Below are positions 28,333 through 41,116 of a DNA stretch of 64,000 nt, in pieces. Below the pieces are notes generated by a model. That model did not search any database, was not told where the DNA came from, and saw only the letters and a program-made list of their open reading frames with translations. The position numbers and the translations under genes were made by a program. Positions within the stretch are counted from its first letter, which is position 1. The number at the start of each line of letters is the position of its first letter. Origin of the DNA: Azolla caroliniana (Eukaryota > Plantae > Polypodiophyta); NCBI GenBank assembly GCA_043228905.1, contig JBHGNT010000010.1, forward strand, positions 2,170,001-2,234,000, given 5' to 3'.

Positions 28333-28745
28333 TAACAATCGGCAACAGTTCGGTTCAGTTTGAAGAGGGTCAAAACTGAACCGTTTAAAATTTGAAACCT
28401 GAACCGAACCATGAAACCGTCAAACCGAACTGTTAAAACCGCGGTTTCGGTTTTCAACTTAAGTCAAAATTTTATTTTTTTATTTTTAAATTGATAGTAT
28501 TTCCTTTTTTAAAATTTTTAAAATTTGTAAAATGTTCTTAAAATGTGAGAATAAGGTCTATAAAAATGAAATGATTGTTTAAAAACAAATTTTTTTAAAT
28601 TTAAAAAATAGATAAAATAAAAACCTTTAAACTGTTTAAACCGCGGTTTCTGATTGAAACCGAACCGGTCTGTTGAAACCGTTAAGCCTTTAAGCCATGG
28701 TTTCTGGGTTCGGTCCGGTTCAGGCCGAACCGTTGCCGATTGTTA
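28333..28745. mobile_element. MITE, hAT-like
   Basis: TIRs 'taacaatcggcaacagttcgg' / 'ccgaaccgttgccgattgtta' (1 mismatch in 21); flanking 8-mers gttcgtag / gttcgatg (degenerate 8-bp TSD); subterminal AACCG/CGGTT repeats; AT-rich core. Confidence 0.8.
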
Positions 28746-28884
28746 GTTCGATGACAGGGGAATGAAGACATAATAGGAATAGAAATGGTACTGATCGAAG
28801 AAGAGGTCTGAGGGACCCTATCTATCTCATGTTCACTGTATGTAGACAGACATATCTATCTATGACTTTGGGAGGGTAGGGGCG

Positions 28885-31111
28885 ATGGTCTTATTGAGGA
28901 GTTCTTCCGTTTTGCTGCCCACAGATCGATTCCGAATCTTCCATCGTGCTCTCTTATCAAAAAGAAAGGTTTCTTCTTCTCCTCCGATCCGTATGGCCAC
29001 TAATCATGATGCCTCCTCTGCTCCTTCTCAGGTACATCCCCCCCCCCCCAGCGGGAGCTTTTTGTTTCATAATTCATGCTTCTTGATGCAGCAGTCTTGT
29101 GTATAGGAAAAACAAAACTAGCAGAATACCCAATCCCCAGCCAATGTTTCGGATATTTACTGGAAACAAAACTTCCCCTCCCCAAGTTTTGTTTCCAAAT
29201 CTTACTAGAATTACTCTCTTCAAATTCCTGAAATTCGTCTGATTTTATGGATCTGATCAAACTTATTATTACATAGAGGTATCCTGGTGGTTTTTGGAAA
29301 GTTTAGGGGTATTCTTGTTGAAGTGTCCAACAAATTAGGAGTATTTTGGGTTTTTTCCCCCGTGTGAGTGTGGTATATATATGTGTACTTTTAAATATGC
29401 AGACATTGTGGGGTTTAAGGAAGTCAACTGCATTCTCAATCCCTTGTTAGAGTTGGGAGTTTTCCTTGGAAACTCATCTTGTTGCAGTGTCTAATGTGCT
29501 GAGCAAAGTAAAGATTCATTCTTTTTTATCATGCCAAACAATTAGTGAAAGTAAACATGTGGGAAATGATGTGTTTAGCAATTTTTTAGAGTCTAAATAA
29601 TTTCTTAAGAGTGTGGATGCGAAATTATGCATTTATAAAGAAGTGAATCAAAGGTTTCTAGTGTCTAACATGCCAATTGATAAGTATATGAGTAAAAGCC
29701 AAAAGTATTTTAGAGTTCATCATGACAAGTTATGCGTGCCAAAGAGTAAAAGTAATTCTTTTAGAGTCTCACATGTCAAATGAAGTGTGTATTGGAGTGA
29801 AAGAAAGTTGTTTTAGGGTCTGACACGTCAACATGAAAGGAAATTATGTTAGTTGTGAACCTTGAACTACATTTGAATTCTTTCCTGCAATGAATGGTAT
29901 CGTTATATAATTTTCATTAAAACTAGTTACTTTGTTTCTTTTACCAGATTTCCCGCAGATTAGAAAACTTCAAGACAACAATATTCACCCAAATGAGCAT
30001 TCTTGCTATCAAGCATCAAGCCATAAACCTAGGTCAGGGTTTCCCTAATTTTGATGGCCCTGACTTTGTAAAAAATGCTGCTATTGAAGCAATCAAGGAA
30101 GGAAAAAATCAGTACGCAAGAGGATATGGAATTCCTGAGCTAAATGTAGCCATTGCATCTCGGTTTTTCAAAGACACTGGCCTCACTGTGAATCCAGAGA
30201 CAGAGGTCACTGTAACATCAGGGTGCACAGAAGCCATAGCCTCATCAATGATAGGCTTGGTTAATCCAGGGGATGAGGTCATCTTATTTGCCCCTTTCTA
30301 TGACTCATATTTAGCAACTCTATCAATGGTGGATGCCAAAGTGAAGACAGTGACATTGCAGCCACCAGATTTTGCGGTTCCAAAGGAAGAACTGGAAAAG
30401 GCATTTTCAAACAAAACAAGGGCAATCGTGGTTAACACTCCTCATAACCCAACTGGAAAAGTATTCTCTCGACAAGAGCTCGAATTCATCGCATCACTGT
30501 GCAAGAAGCACAATGCTCTAGCATTTACTGATGAGGTTTACCATAGGCTTACATATGAAGCTGAGCACATTTCATTGGCCTCTTTGGAAGGGATGTATGA
30601 ACGCACGGTTACAATGAATTCACTCGGAAAAACTTTCTCTCTGACAGGGTGGAAGATTGGATGGGCAATTGCACCACCAAACTTAACATGGGGATTACGG
30701 CAAGCACATGCATTTCTAACATTTGCAACTGCAACCCCATTTCAGTCGGCTGCTGTGGCTGCCTTAAATGCACCTGAGAGTTTCTATACTGACCTTGTTG
30801 CCGATTATACTGCAAAGAAAGATATTCTAGTTAAAGGTCTCACTGAAGTTGGGTTTAGGGTTTTTGAACCAAAAGGTTCGTTTTTTGTCATGGCGGATCA
30901 TACTCCATTTGGACATGAAAATGACATTGAGTTTTGCAAATACCTGATTGAGGAAGTTGGTGTCGTTGCCATCCCTCCTAGTGTTTTCTATACCAATCCG
31001 GATGATGGCAAGAACCTTGTTCGCTTTGCATTTTGCAAAGATGAAGATACTCTGAAGACAGCAGTAGAAAGAATGAAGTTAAAGCTGAAGAAAAAGATAT
31101 ATGTGTCATAG
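28885..31111 (+). CDS. PLP-dependent class I/II aminotransferase (kynurenine/methionine/glutamine transaminase-like), 2 exons, ~436 aa, probable transit peptide
   Basis: Exons 28885-29031 and 29948-31111 (GT-AG, phase 0). 'RLENFKTTIFTQMSILA..AINLGQGFPNFDGP', 'NTPHNPTGKVF', 'DEVY', PLP-lysine in 'SLGKTFSLTGWKIGW', 'VRFAFCK'. The N-terminus is R/S-rich. Confidence 0.95.
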
Positions 31112-32799
31112 TCATTAAATGTAAATGGCAAAGAATTTTCATGAGTAATAGAAGTTTTGATGTTAATGCTTCTTGAAAGTACATGGGAACAGCCTCAAAA
31201 CATTTTGATGGATTGATCTTCACTATGTGGATGCTTTACCACATGCCAAAGTTACAGGTGCCAATAAATTTCTGGCTGTTTTGTTGCTAACAGTTATCTG
31301 TGATTGAGATTTCAATAAATTGACATCCTGTTCTACAAGTTGTTTTCTGCTATTTCATTTTTCTTTTGATGTTCCACATTGTGATGAAAATTTTATCTCC
31401 TTGCCCAATTCACAAGTGTAAGTCCTTATATGAGAAGTGATAACAATTATGTAGGCAACCATTGAAGGATTAGTCGACAATTTATACCTACTTGGAATAA
31501 TGGTGCCTTTTTTCAAAGGTTATCTCGCCATGTATAGAATGATATATTGGTCATACAAGTATTTGGTTTAACATGCTTTCATATATGCTTCTAAATATTT
31601 TGGTATTGTTTATTTGGCACAATTTGATTTAAATTACCCAAAAGCTTCTAGATTGTCAACATAAATTCTAGGTTGTCAATGTGAATTTGAAATTATCTCA
31701 CAAAAGATTCTAGGTTGTCGATAAGGCTATAGTTTTAGCTTATAATGAAGCCTATAATTTTGCAGCAATGTTGAGGATTTCAAAAATGATGAGTATTTCC
31801 TTGAAGATCATGTTGGTGGTTATGATGACCATGACTATTAATTTATTTTCAAGCAAAAATGGCAAGGCTTTGATTTCACAAAACTAACAATCATCACTAT
31901 CATACTTTAAATAGATTTATGAGGCATAAAACACATCATTTAAGAAACCTATATATTTTGTGGGAATGACACTGCTTAATATGCCATACAACTAAGACAT
32001 TTGAAGGAACAAGAATATACGCAAGCAATGAGATAGGCAAAAATTCACTTGAATAGTGAGAACACTAAAAAGTGAAATCGATCTAATGGTGTAAGAAGCA
32101 ATTTTAGTACAACTCTTTTATGCGTTACAAGTATGATCATAATGGATTTAATGAATTAGAGTTATCTTACCTAATTAGATTAGTGGTATTAAATCATCAA
32201 ACACATGTCAAATAGAGAAAGAAGATTGCACATGTTTAAGTGAGGCGACATATAGGTTGTTGACCAAGAAATTCATTAGACTCGTACACACACCTTGATA
32301 ATATAACGACATGTCAGCCTTGTTAACTAGATAGAAAGGTAGATAGAGACAGTTTTTATAATCATCCTTAGAGATCAAATATGACCTTGAGATTAAAAGT
32401 GAAATATTTTCATGTAGTATGTGAGATCATGTAATGACTATATATTCAAGGATTTTATTTATGAACATTGCAATTGAGGGTGCACATTGTGGCTAGGGGA
32501 GTAATGTTTCTAGGATTGATAATTTGTGGAAAACAAACTTGAATATTATGTTAGGCTTCATTTTATCTAAGTGTGATACTCAAACTCACAAGCTTGTTAA
32601 TGATAAAATACGTATAAGTCAATTAGCATCCTCACATGTGCTTCAATGCCCCATCTTGTATGGAAAAGAATGTGAACTAAGTCATTATATGGAAGCAATG
32701 GTGTATATAGCAATCAAAGTGATGAGCTTTAGCATGTATCAAAATAATGTGGTTTCCTCATTTTGAGAAGGAGATAGTTTTGTGGTTTAGTGCAACATA

Positions 32800-33760
32800 T
32801 ACAATATAATGTGTGGAGCACAAGCCTCCACATCTTTCCTAAGTTGTAATCGTTTACATTATGTATAGAAAAAACCTCATTTATAGAGGAACCTAGTAAC
32901 ACATCATGAAGCCAATGTAATGCAACCCATCATGAAAACCATTTTTCCAAATGTTGCATGCATCCAAAACGCAAATTTTCGTTTTCACATGTCATTTGAA
33001 CTTGTTTGCTTGTGTCCCATATGATTCTCAATAGTCAAAGTGTGGGTTTTTTAACCTTAAGCATACACTCTACAACTCTTTCCTTAATCATTGATGTCAA
33101 CAAGGTACCAACAAGGTATTTCTCAAAAACTAATGCTTCATTTCTCATTCACTACATATGCTCTCAAATGCATAATAGGAGCTCTCTTTCCTGCTTATGA
33201 GCAATAAGTACCATATTCATTCTATGTATGATTAGAAGAACCTCAAGCCCAAGGTATCTAAAGCATTCTACAAATTTAAGTGGCTCGTTATTATACACAA
33301 TGCATGGTTTATCCTCATTTTGGGTCTTCACAAGCATAACCTTCATTTGGGAGCTCATGACATGACTTGTTATGAATTCAAAACTTTTCCACCTCAAGCC
33401 CAATGTATCTGAAGCTTTCTACGGTTTCAAGTGGCTCATTATTCTACATAATGCAATTAAGTTCTTCAATGCCTTCTTGCTTTATAAACATGTCAAGGAC
33501 TATTTGCTCCAATTTGATACTACATCAACCAAAGAGAGTTTGTGAGAGTGGGCAACCCTGCTTTACGCCCATAGTGTTAGTTAAATTTTTGAAATTTCAG
33601 CTCCAATACTCATACAACATACTATGTTCCATAGTTTTGAGAAATTGCAAACATAAATTCACTTGGTACTTCAAGTTCTTCCATGCATCTCTAGTTATGC
33701 TCATGGATCATCACATAAAAAGTTTTCTTTTTAAGTCGAGAAGCAACAAATAGTCTGGAT
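32800..33760 (-). mobile_element. Degenerate non-LTR (LINE) reverse transcriptase fragment
   Basis: The minus strand reads 'TMGVKQGCPLSQTLF' (~33530-33575) and 'FRYLGL' (~33245-33265), both RT motifs of LINEs; frameshifted. Confidence 0.75.
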
Positions 33761-34212
33761 TCATGAACCCCAATAACTAAAATACTTACATGGTTCAATT
33801 CGAGTACGAGACTTGGCTTCTTGTTTACCAGTAGGCAACAACGACCATCACATTAGGTTGAAAGGACAATTGATTTGATGGTTCTCATGATAAGGAGTTG
33901 CCTTAAATATCGTATTGTCTCGCAACACCATAAAATCCAAAGTGTTGGGACAAGCAAGTTATGTTTTATGTATCATATGTGTTAAATATATACACTGTAA
34001 CCACATGTCCCAATGGTTTTCGGACAATGTGACCCGAATGGTGCAAAAAAATATATGAGGATTTATGACCGCGATATTGGAAGATGCATTTGATATTGGA
34101 CGATGGATTACTACCGGGAAAATGGTCCTAGTTGGCATGTGTAAAACTTTGTCCGGACAAATGTGAAAAGGGGTTCAGTGAAACTTATCTATTTTCTGCA
34201 GCAGGGGCGGTT

Positions 34213-34233
34213 TTAGGGTTAGGGTTAGGGTTT
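34213..34233 (+). promoter_or_regulatory. Telo-box-like (TTAGGG)3TTT upstream of the RRM gene
   Basis: ttagggttagggttagggttt ends 35 nt before the ATG; its reverse complement contains AAACCCTAA. Confidence 0.55.
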
Positions 34234-34267
34234 TCTGACTGAGCAGAAGAACAGAGCAGAACACAGC

Positions 34268-37046
34268 ATGGACCAGATCGCCGAAGACACGAAGAAAAGG
34301 AAGTTCGGTGAGGAAGAATTTGAAGAAGTCGAAGGAGAGAGGGTGGTCTCTTCTTCTTCTTCAGCTCTGTCTCTGTCCAAAGATGAGATGAAATCGCTTC
34401 TTGAACCTCTTAGCAAGGAACAGCTCGTGAGCCTTCTCGCAGACGCGTAAGCATCTCATTATCATCTATTTCGTTCATATCTACCCTTGAAAAAGTAAAA
34501 ATGAACTCTGTTAATAAATCGTCTTGACCTAGCCTTGAATATAGGCAGTTCCATAGACATTCTTTCTAATGTTGAAAATTTTAAACATACACAGATTAGT
34601 CTCTTTAGAAGTAGGTCCAACAGTGATTTTGTGCAGAGCTATAACGATATATGTCCTTTATCTGGTAGATTCCAGATTAATATAAAGGAAACTGGATTTT
34701 ATTTTTCCTTTATGTTAATTTGGAATCCGTTGAGGTTTTTATTTTTCTGAATGCAAAACTCGCAAAACAGTTTGAGGAAAGAATGCCAACCGCACTATGT
34801 CAGTTTGGGGTTAGAGTTATATCATATATTGCCTTCTGCTACTTGTCCTATAGCTATATATGTGTATGTGTGAACATTCCATATGTTATGAAACTATGAA
34901 CAAACGTACTAAGTGGATCATAATGCTTTGTCTATTCGGTTTATCGGCTTATAGATATATGCAGTATAATAGTCCTCTGCCGAGCATTGCATGTAAATAC
35001 CATATAATGAAGCACAACGCAATGATATTGTGCCAGCATTGCCACCAAATACAATGAGTTTTCATTCTCGGTGTTATCTAGAGTGCAGCGTGTATGCATT
35101 TCTAATTTTCTTATTTTGAGCACAAGATAATGGTCCTGTGATAGCAAAGCATGAGTATTACCATACTCAACGGATTGTCATTCTTAGTCTTCTAGCTCAA
35201 TATCTTTCCTTTGGCTTCTCACACTGCTGAAGAAGCTTAATCTGAGTATTGTTGTGCTTAAGTTTTTGGATGTTGAAAATTACAAGCTTGCATACATATG
35301 CCTTTCTGTCTCTCCATCATATTGATTCATGATCATTTAAGTGTATGCCTTCTTAAACATATTTCAAGCAACCATTTTTTGTTCAGTTACAACTTACCAT
35401 ACTTTCACCCCATGGAAGTTGTGCTAAAAAGCCCTTGAGTTTAATGGCAGAGCTCAGGGAAGTATAGTAAATGATTGCGCGCATTTTGTGTGTGTGGATT
35501 GATTGATTGGTCCTGTTATGGTTGCTATATAATGCAGAGGTTCTCAATACCCTGCGATTGCCGATGATATTAGGGGTATTGCAAGCAAAGATCCTGCCCA
35601 TCGGAAGCTGTTTGTGCGTGGTCTGGCTTGGGAGACGTCTTCAGAGGCTCTCCGTGATGTGAGTGCATGGATGGTGTGATTTGCTTGTTGTGTCAGTGTG
35701 ATTGAAGATTGTCTGTTTGCCCATCCGAATGATCTGAAATTGCAACTTGTGATGATCGTGTTTCTGTGAGGCATACATTGTCAAACTCCTTTTCTTGCAA
35801 CAAAGAACTGAGATTTGTTAATGAAGGAAAATATATTTTATGTAGCTCCGCTAGAGAAGCTATGAGAAATTTGTGAAATTAACACCACTATCTCATTGTA
35901 TTGTGGTTGATTCCTGTGTTTTGTCATAGGTTTTTGAGAAATACGGAGAAATTGAAGAAGGTGCAGTTATTATTGACAAATCGACTGGAAAGTCTCGTGG
36001 ATTTGGGTTTATAACCTATAAACATATGGACTCGGCCCAGAGGGCTCTGAAAGAGCCAAGCAAGTCAATAGATGTGAGTGGCCCTATTTTGTGTGGTTAA
36101 TACATAGACCTGTTTTGCTCAGAAAACAAAAGGAGAGCTATATTATTGCATGTAAACTGTGGTTGATATTCAAGATTCCCTTCCTCTTTAGGGAAGGCTT
36201 GCTGTATGTAATCTAGCTGTCACTGGAACCTATTCTCCAGTAGGTAGCAGTGACCAAGCACAAAGAAAGCTTTTCATTGGTGGGTTGTCGTATGAAACTA
36301 CAACAGAGACATTAATCAATATATTCTCCCAATATGGAGAAATAGAGGAAGGTTCTGTTGCTTATGATAAGGCGGCAAACAAGTCAAGGTGAGTAATTAA
36401 TGGCTTACTTATAACGTTTGTAATATATACCAATGCTGAAATCTTATAAAATGGTGAAACCCAGAGGTTTTGCTTTTATGACCTACAAAACTGTCGAAGC
36501 AGCTCGGAAAGCTCTAGCAGATCCCAATAAAACCATTGAGGCATGTATTTTCTCTTCCAACTTTTTTGGGGATATGCATTATAAATGTAGGTCATAAATT
36601 AGATGGTCATTTTTCATGTTTAGGGTCGAAATGTGATAATAAAACTTGCTATGGAGGGGCAGAAGGAGAAACCACAACAACCACAAGTTGCCACAACACA
36701 TGCAGGAGGAGGTTTTGCTCCTCAAATTCAACAAAGATATACAGCGAATCCTAACATAGGAGCCTATACAAGGACGGCAATTCAACCTAATGCAGGCCAA
36801 TCGGTTGGTTTAGCTGGTTATCCAGCTAACTTAGCATCAGCATATGCAAGTTCAACATCCTATGCAGGTTTGGCTGGAAATCAGTATGTCGGTGGTGGTG
36901 GTGGAGCATATAGCTCTTCTTCACATCCTCATTATGGAGGTGGGGGAATGGGAGGAGGATTAGGATCTCAATCAGCTCAACCAGGGCTTCACTCTGGTTC
37001 CTCGCTAACTGGCATGCTCCCTGGCTACTATGGATCCGGTCCTTAG
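34268..37046 (+). CDS. UBP1-associated protein 2C-like double-RRM RNA-binding protein, 6 exons, ~379 aa
   Basis: Exons 34268-34446, 35538-35658, 35930-36073, 36192-36388, 36465-36540, 36624-37046. '[14 protein letters not shown]', '[16 protein letters not shown]', RNP1 '[10 protein letters not shown]', second RRM '[13 protein letters not shown]...[10 protein letters not shown]', G/Y/S-rich tail. Intron 5 is GC-AG. Confidence 0.92.
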
Positions 37047-37899
37047 TCAAAGGTTTATTATTGCATTAGTTTCTATTGTTTTCGCAAGGTGAGGCTGATG
37101 TAGAAGAAACAATCTTCATATGTTACCACATTTGGTGAATTGTACAGGTGATTCAGATGCCTCTGTTACTAGATTTATTTCTTCTTGAGTAGGGTTTAGG
37201 ATGATCACTTCTTTTGTAAGAGATGCTATACATTCATTGAGAAGGTTTAGGAACTTCATTATGGTTTTGTTGTCATCGTAATAAATTTTAGGAGCTTCTG
37301 GCGATTGTGACAAGAAGTACCCTCTAATTGTAGTTTTAAGACTTCTAGATGATCAACATTAGTTTAACCTTCCACAGTTTATCAATTAGCTCTTTCATAG
37401 TTTCGTAAACGAACTGAAGTGATGATTTAATTATATATTTCAGGTTCCTCTTTTCCTTTGTCTAATCTTATGAAATAGAAGATGCTAGGTCCGCCCATTA
37501 TCATGTAAAACTTGATCTGATTCATGTGATGAATGTCAGATCCTTGGAAATGTAATCACACCAATAAACTTGTCATTCTAGAGCTTTTACCCTTTGTGCC
37601 TACCTAGGTAGGCAGACTGTCATTTCACTGAACAATGAAACTGGACTAACACCACCATGTTTGTATGCTTGAAGTGATGTTTATTGGTTGCTAGACAGAG
37701 AAGAGAGTCTTTGAATATGTTTTGGGTCTCCATTTGGGAAAATCACAAGAAGCATTGAGCTTATATTCTAGAATTTTTTTAATGTGGTATGTGCAAATCC
37801 AATCATACAAACCAGTCCAAATGGAGATGCTTGCGTACTAGAAACATTTTCATAATCTCAGAACCAACCAGTGAATTTATTCCAGCAACATGATCAATG

Positions 37900-39212
37900 A
37901 TATTTCTACTTTAGGACCATTTGTTTATGCTTTACTGATGTGAGGCGTAATTGACCCCAAATATCAGAATGTGTTCATGCATGTGATATTTTTGCTACAA
38001 CAGTGGAACAGAATGTTAGATGGTTAGAGGAAAGGTGGTTGAAGCTGTGAATAGAATGTTAGATGAAGGATGTTGTCAAATGTTCATTGATGCTTATAAA
38101 TTCATGCTTAGGAGCTTTGACATGTCATGTGCCACTTAACATGGCATGTGAGAGATGATTATAAGTGTTTAATATTTAGCATCGTGAACTTCCACACAAT
38201 GGAAATTGGAATGATTTACCATGCACAACAAAGTTGCTTAAAATATGACAACTTAAATTATTTGAAGTAGTGCCAAGGATTATTCTAACAATCAAGCCTC
38301 AAACCTTACAAAACAAAACTCGTGTACAATGCAAACAAGTTCTAGCATGTCATACTTGAAGAAGATAATCTACACATGAGCAAGTTGTATTGGTAGAATA
38401 TCCAAAGGAAAGAAACTTAATTGCAAGTTCTTCATGCTCATAAAATGGTCATAATTCCTGCAATAATAGAGGTTGTATTGACATAATAAAATCCTTGTTC
38501 AACAGGAAGACCTCCTAATTTGTACTCAAACTAAATGAACATATGCACAACTTAATCATGGTCTTAACGTGGCAATAATTCCAACTATAATAGAGATTGT
38601 ATTGACAAATAATAGAAACCTCATTAAATTGAAAGACCATGATTTCCTTGGAGTTCACAATGAACTTGACAGAAGTAGATACTAGTACATAACGAGTTAT
38701 TCCTTTCTTATCGAGCTTGTTCGATATGAAACAAGTTTGCCATGCCACTCTACAAGAAATCTAGCACATTGCATTAATCATATACAAGCAACCTCTACCT
38801 TTTGGTGGAACTTAACATTTCCACTATTCACCATAAGTTTTGTCAAATCTAGAAAGGAGGGATATGAAACAAGTTTGCCATGCCACTCTACAAGAAATCT
38901 AGCACATTGCATTAATCATATACAAGCAACCTCTCCCTTTTGGTGGAACTTAACATTTCCACTATTCACCATAAGTTTTGTCAAATCTAGAAAGGAGGGA
39001 GCAAGACCCTTATTTCTTGAACGTAAAAATATCAAATGATCTAGTTCATGAGTAAGTGACGATGTTGCAAAACTCTTCTTGAAGATTCGTAATCCACAAA
39101 AATTGTGTCAACATGTTTTACCTCAACCATCTAACTCATCAAATGAACTCTTAATGCCCCAAAACTATGACCGTGTGAATTGGCTGCAAATGGAGAAAGC
39201 CATGAATGTAGA
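37900..39212 (+). mobile_element. Degenerate Copia pol fragment
   Basis: Near 39145-39212 the sequence resembles the Copia RT N-terminus ('MPQNYD...WRKP/AMNVE' versus EP.TY.EA...W..AM.EE); faint integrase-like remnants lie upstream. Confidence 0.4.
38723..38998 (+). repeat. Near-perfect two-copy tandem duplication, 138-bp unit
   Basis: The unit starting 'gatatgaaacaagtttgccatgccactc' is at 38723 and 38861; one visible mismatch. Confidence 0.95.
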
Positions 39213-39220
39213 GGTCCCTT

Positions 39221-39345
39221 CAGGAATCGGCAACGGTTCGGTTTCGGCTTAGCCAGTTTGGTCTTGTCCGAACCAAACTTACGGGTTCAGTCAAAACGGT
39301 TTAATGGCTCGGTTTAGGCTTGAACCGAGCCGTTGCCGACTCCTA
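39221..39345. mobile_element. Short MITE of the same family as 28333-28745
   Basis: TIRs 'caggaatcggcaacggttcgg' / 'ccgagccgttgccgactccta' share the TCGGCAACGGTTCGG core; 125 bp; no clear TSD. Confidence 0.7.
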
Positions 39346-39424
39346 GTGACTCCATTGTGTCCACCTTTGTTCTCTTTCTCCTCCTACGGAGAGACTTATG
39401 GAGGGGAGTAGACCATGAGAGGGA

Positions 39425-41116
39425 ATGGTAGAGAAGCTCTGTATCCAGAAGGGATCCCTCCATCTACTCTCTGCCATTGAACAGCCTCTCTCCACGAAAG
39501 CATACATCTCCCTCCTCAAGGACTGCAGTCAAGCCAAATCTCTTCATCAGGTAAAACAGATTAAAACCCACCTTACCAACAATCATGTCCCTTTATCAGG
39601 ACTTTTGGGCGATTACCTAGTCGTCACTCTTGCACGATGCGGCGACCCTGAAGAAGCCCTCCTCACATCATATAAATTGCCCTTCCGAACTGTATTCTCA
39701 TGGACTGCCATCATTTCTTCATATTCTGATGATAGCCTCGGTCTCGATGCCCTCCAAATCTATCGTCTTATGCAACGGGATGGAATTCAACCCGATCGAT
39801 ATACCTTTGTCGCCCTTCTTAAGTCTTGCGGAATCACCTCAGACCTTATCCAAGGTATGGATTTGCACTCGGACGCAATTTGTCGAGCTTTTACCCTAGA
39901 TGTGTTTGTTGTTAGTAGTTTGATTAATATGTATGGTAAGTGTGATGCGATCCCTGAAGCTGAGGATGTGTTTCTGCGATGCCCAAATCATGTGCGTAAT
40001 GTTGTTTGTTGGAATGCTATGCTTTCAGCTTACCTTGAGGGAGGGTATGCTGAAAAAGCTTTTCAGTTGTTTGTAGAAATGCAAGATGAAGATGGGTTGT
40101 TGCCGTACTATTTGACGATTGTGATCATTCTTCAAGCTTGTACCTTTATCGCGGAGAAATGGAAGGATAAGGAAATTTTGCTAGAGATCGGGCGGGGCCT
40201 ACATGCTTATGCTCGCAGAAATGGGTTTGAATCCAATGAGCTCATCGGTAGCGCCCTTGTGAACATGTATGGTAAATGTGGTGTCATTCAAGAGGCGGAG
40301 CATGTGTTTTTGTTTCTTCCTGAGCCCACCCTGGTGTCTTGGACGGCTATGCTCTCAGCTTACATTGATCTCGGGTACCCCACCAAGGTATTGCAGTTGT
40401 ATCATCACTTGGAAAATATGAACATGACTTGGGATCATGTAACACTTACCTGTATTCTACAAGCATGTAGTGCCACTGGAAGCTTAGAAACATGTAAACA
40501 ACTTCATTTTGGCATTGTGTATGCAAATTACGAAGATATATCCCCGGTAGCATCTACTTTAATTCATGCATATGGGAGCTGTGCCAACATGGCAGACGGG
40601 CAGGCTATTTTCGATGGGATTTCCGAACCCACGATTGTGTTATGGAATGCATGCATTGCGGGTCATGTAGGTGATCAAGATCCTTTTTCATGTTTTTATA
40701 TGTTTGAGAAGTTACAGCTTGTGGGCATCTTTCCCGATGGAGTAACTTTTAACTCAGTTATCTCGGCGTGCAGTCATTCTGGACATGTAGCTGAAGGACT
40801 AGGGTACTTTCAGTCTATGAACAAATGGTATGGTCTTAATCCTGACGTAAAACATTATGGTAGCATACTTGATCTTGTAGGTCGAGCAGGACACTTTGAA
40901 ATGATAGAAAGTATATTGAAAGGAATGCCAATTGTTGCCGATTTGAGTATTTGGTTGTGTCTGCTTGGTGCTTGTCGTGCACATGGCAATATAGAACTAG
41001 CAAGGAAAGCGTTTGATCATGCTGTGTATCTAAAACCCAAGCAGGATACAGCATATATTGTAATGTCCAATATGTATGCAAATGGTGGGTTATTAGACGA
41101 TGCAATTCATGGGTAG
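39425..41116 (+). CDS. PLS-class pentatricopeptide repeat protein with E1 / partial E2 domain, no DYW
   Basis: Intronless 563-aa ORF with repeated 'SLINMYGKC..A..VF', 'VSWTAMLSAY', 'PDGVTFNSVISACSHSG', 'HYGSILDLVGRAG', E domain 'IWLCLLGACRAHGNIELA' and 'YIVMSNMYA'. Confidence 0.93.
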   Translation: MVEKLCIQKGSLHLLSAIEQPLSTKAYISLLKDCSQAKSLHQVKQIKTHLTNNHVPLSGLLGDYLVVTLARCGDPEEALLTSYKLPFRTVFSWTAIISSYSDDSLGLDALQIYRLMQRDGIQPDRYTFVALLKSCGITSDLIQGMDLHSDAICRAFTLDVFVVSSLINMYGKCDAIPEAEDVFLRCPNHVRNVVCWNAMLSAYLEGGYAEKAFQLFVEMQDEDGLLPYYLTIVIILQACTFIAEKWKDKEILLEIGRGLHAYARRNGFESNELIGSALVNMYGKCGVIQEAEHVFLFLPEPTLVSWTAMLSAYIDLGYPTKVLQLYHHLENMNMTWDHVTLTCILQACSATGSLETCKQLHFGIVYANYEDISPVASTLIHAYGSCANMADGQAIFDGISEPTIVLWNACIAGHVGDQDPFSCFYMFEKLQLVGIFPDGVTFNSVISACSHSGHVAEGLGYFQSMNKWYGLNPDVKHYGSILDLVGRAGHFEMIESILKGMPIVADLSIWLCLLGACRAHGNIELARKAFDHAVYLKPKQDTAYIVMSNMYANGGLLDDAIHG

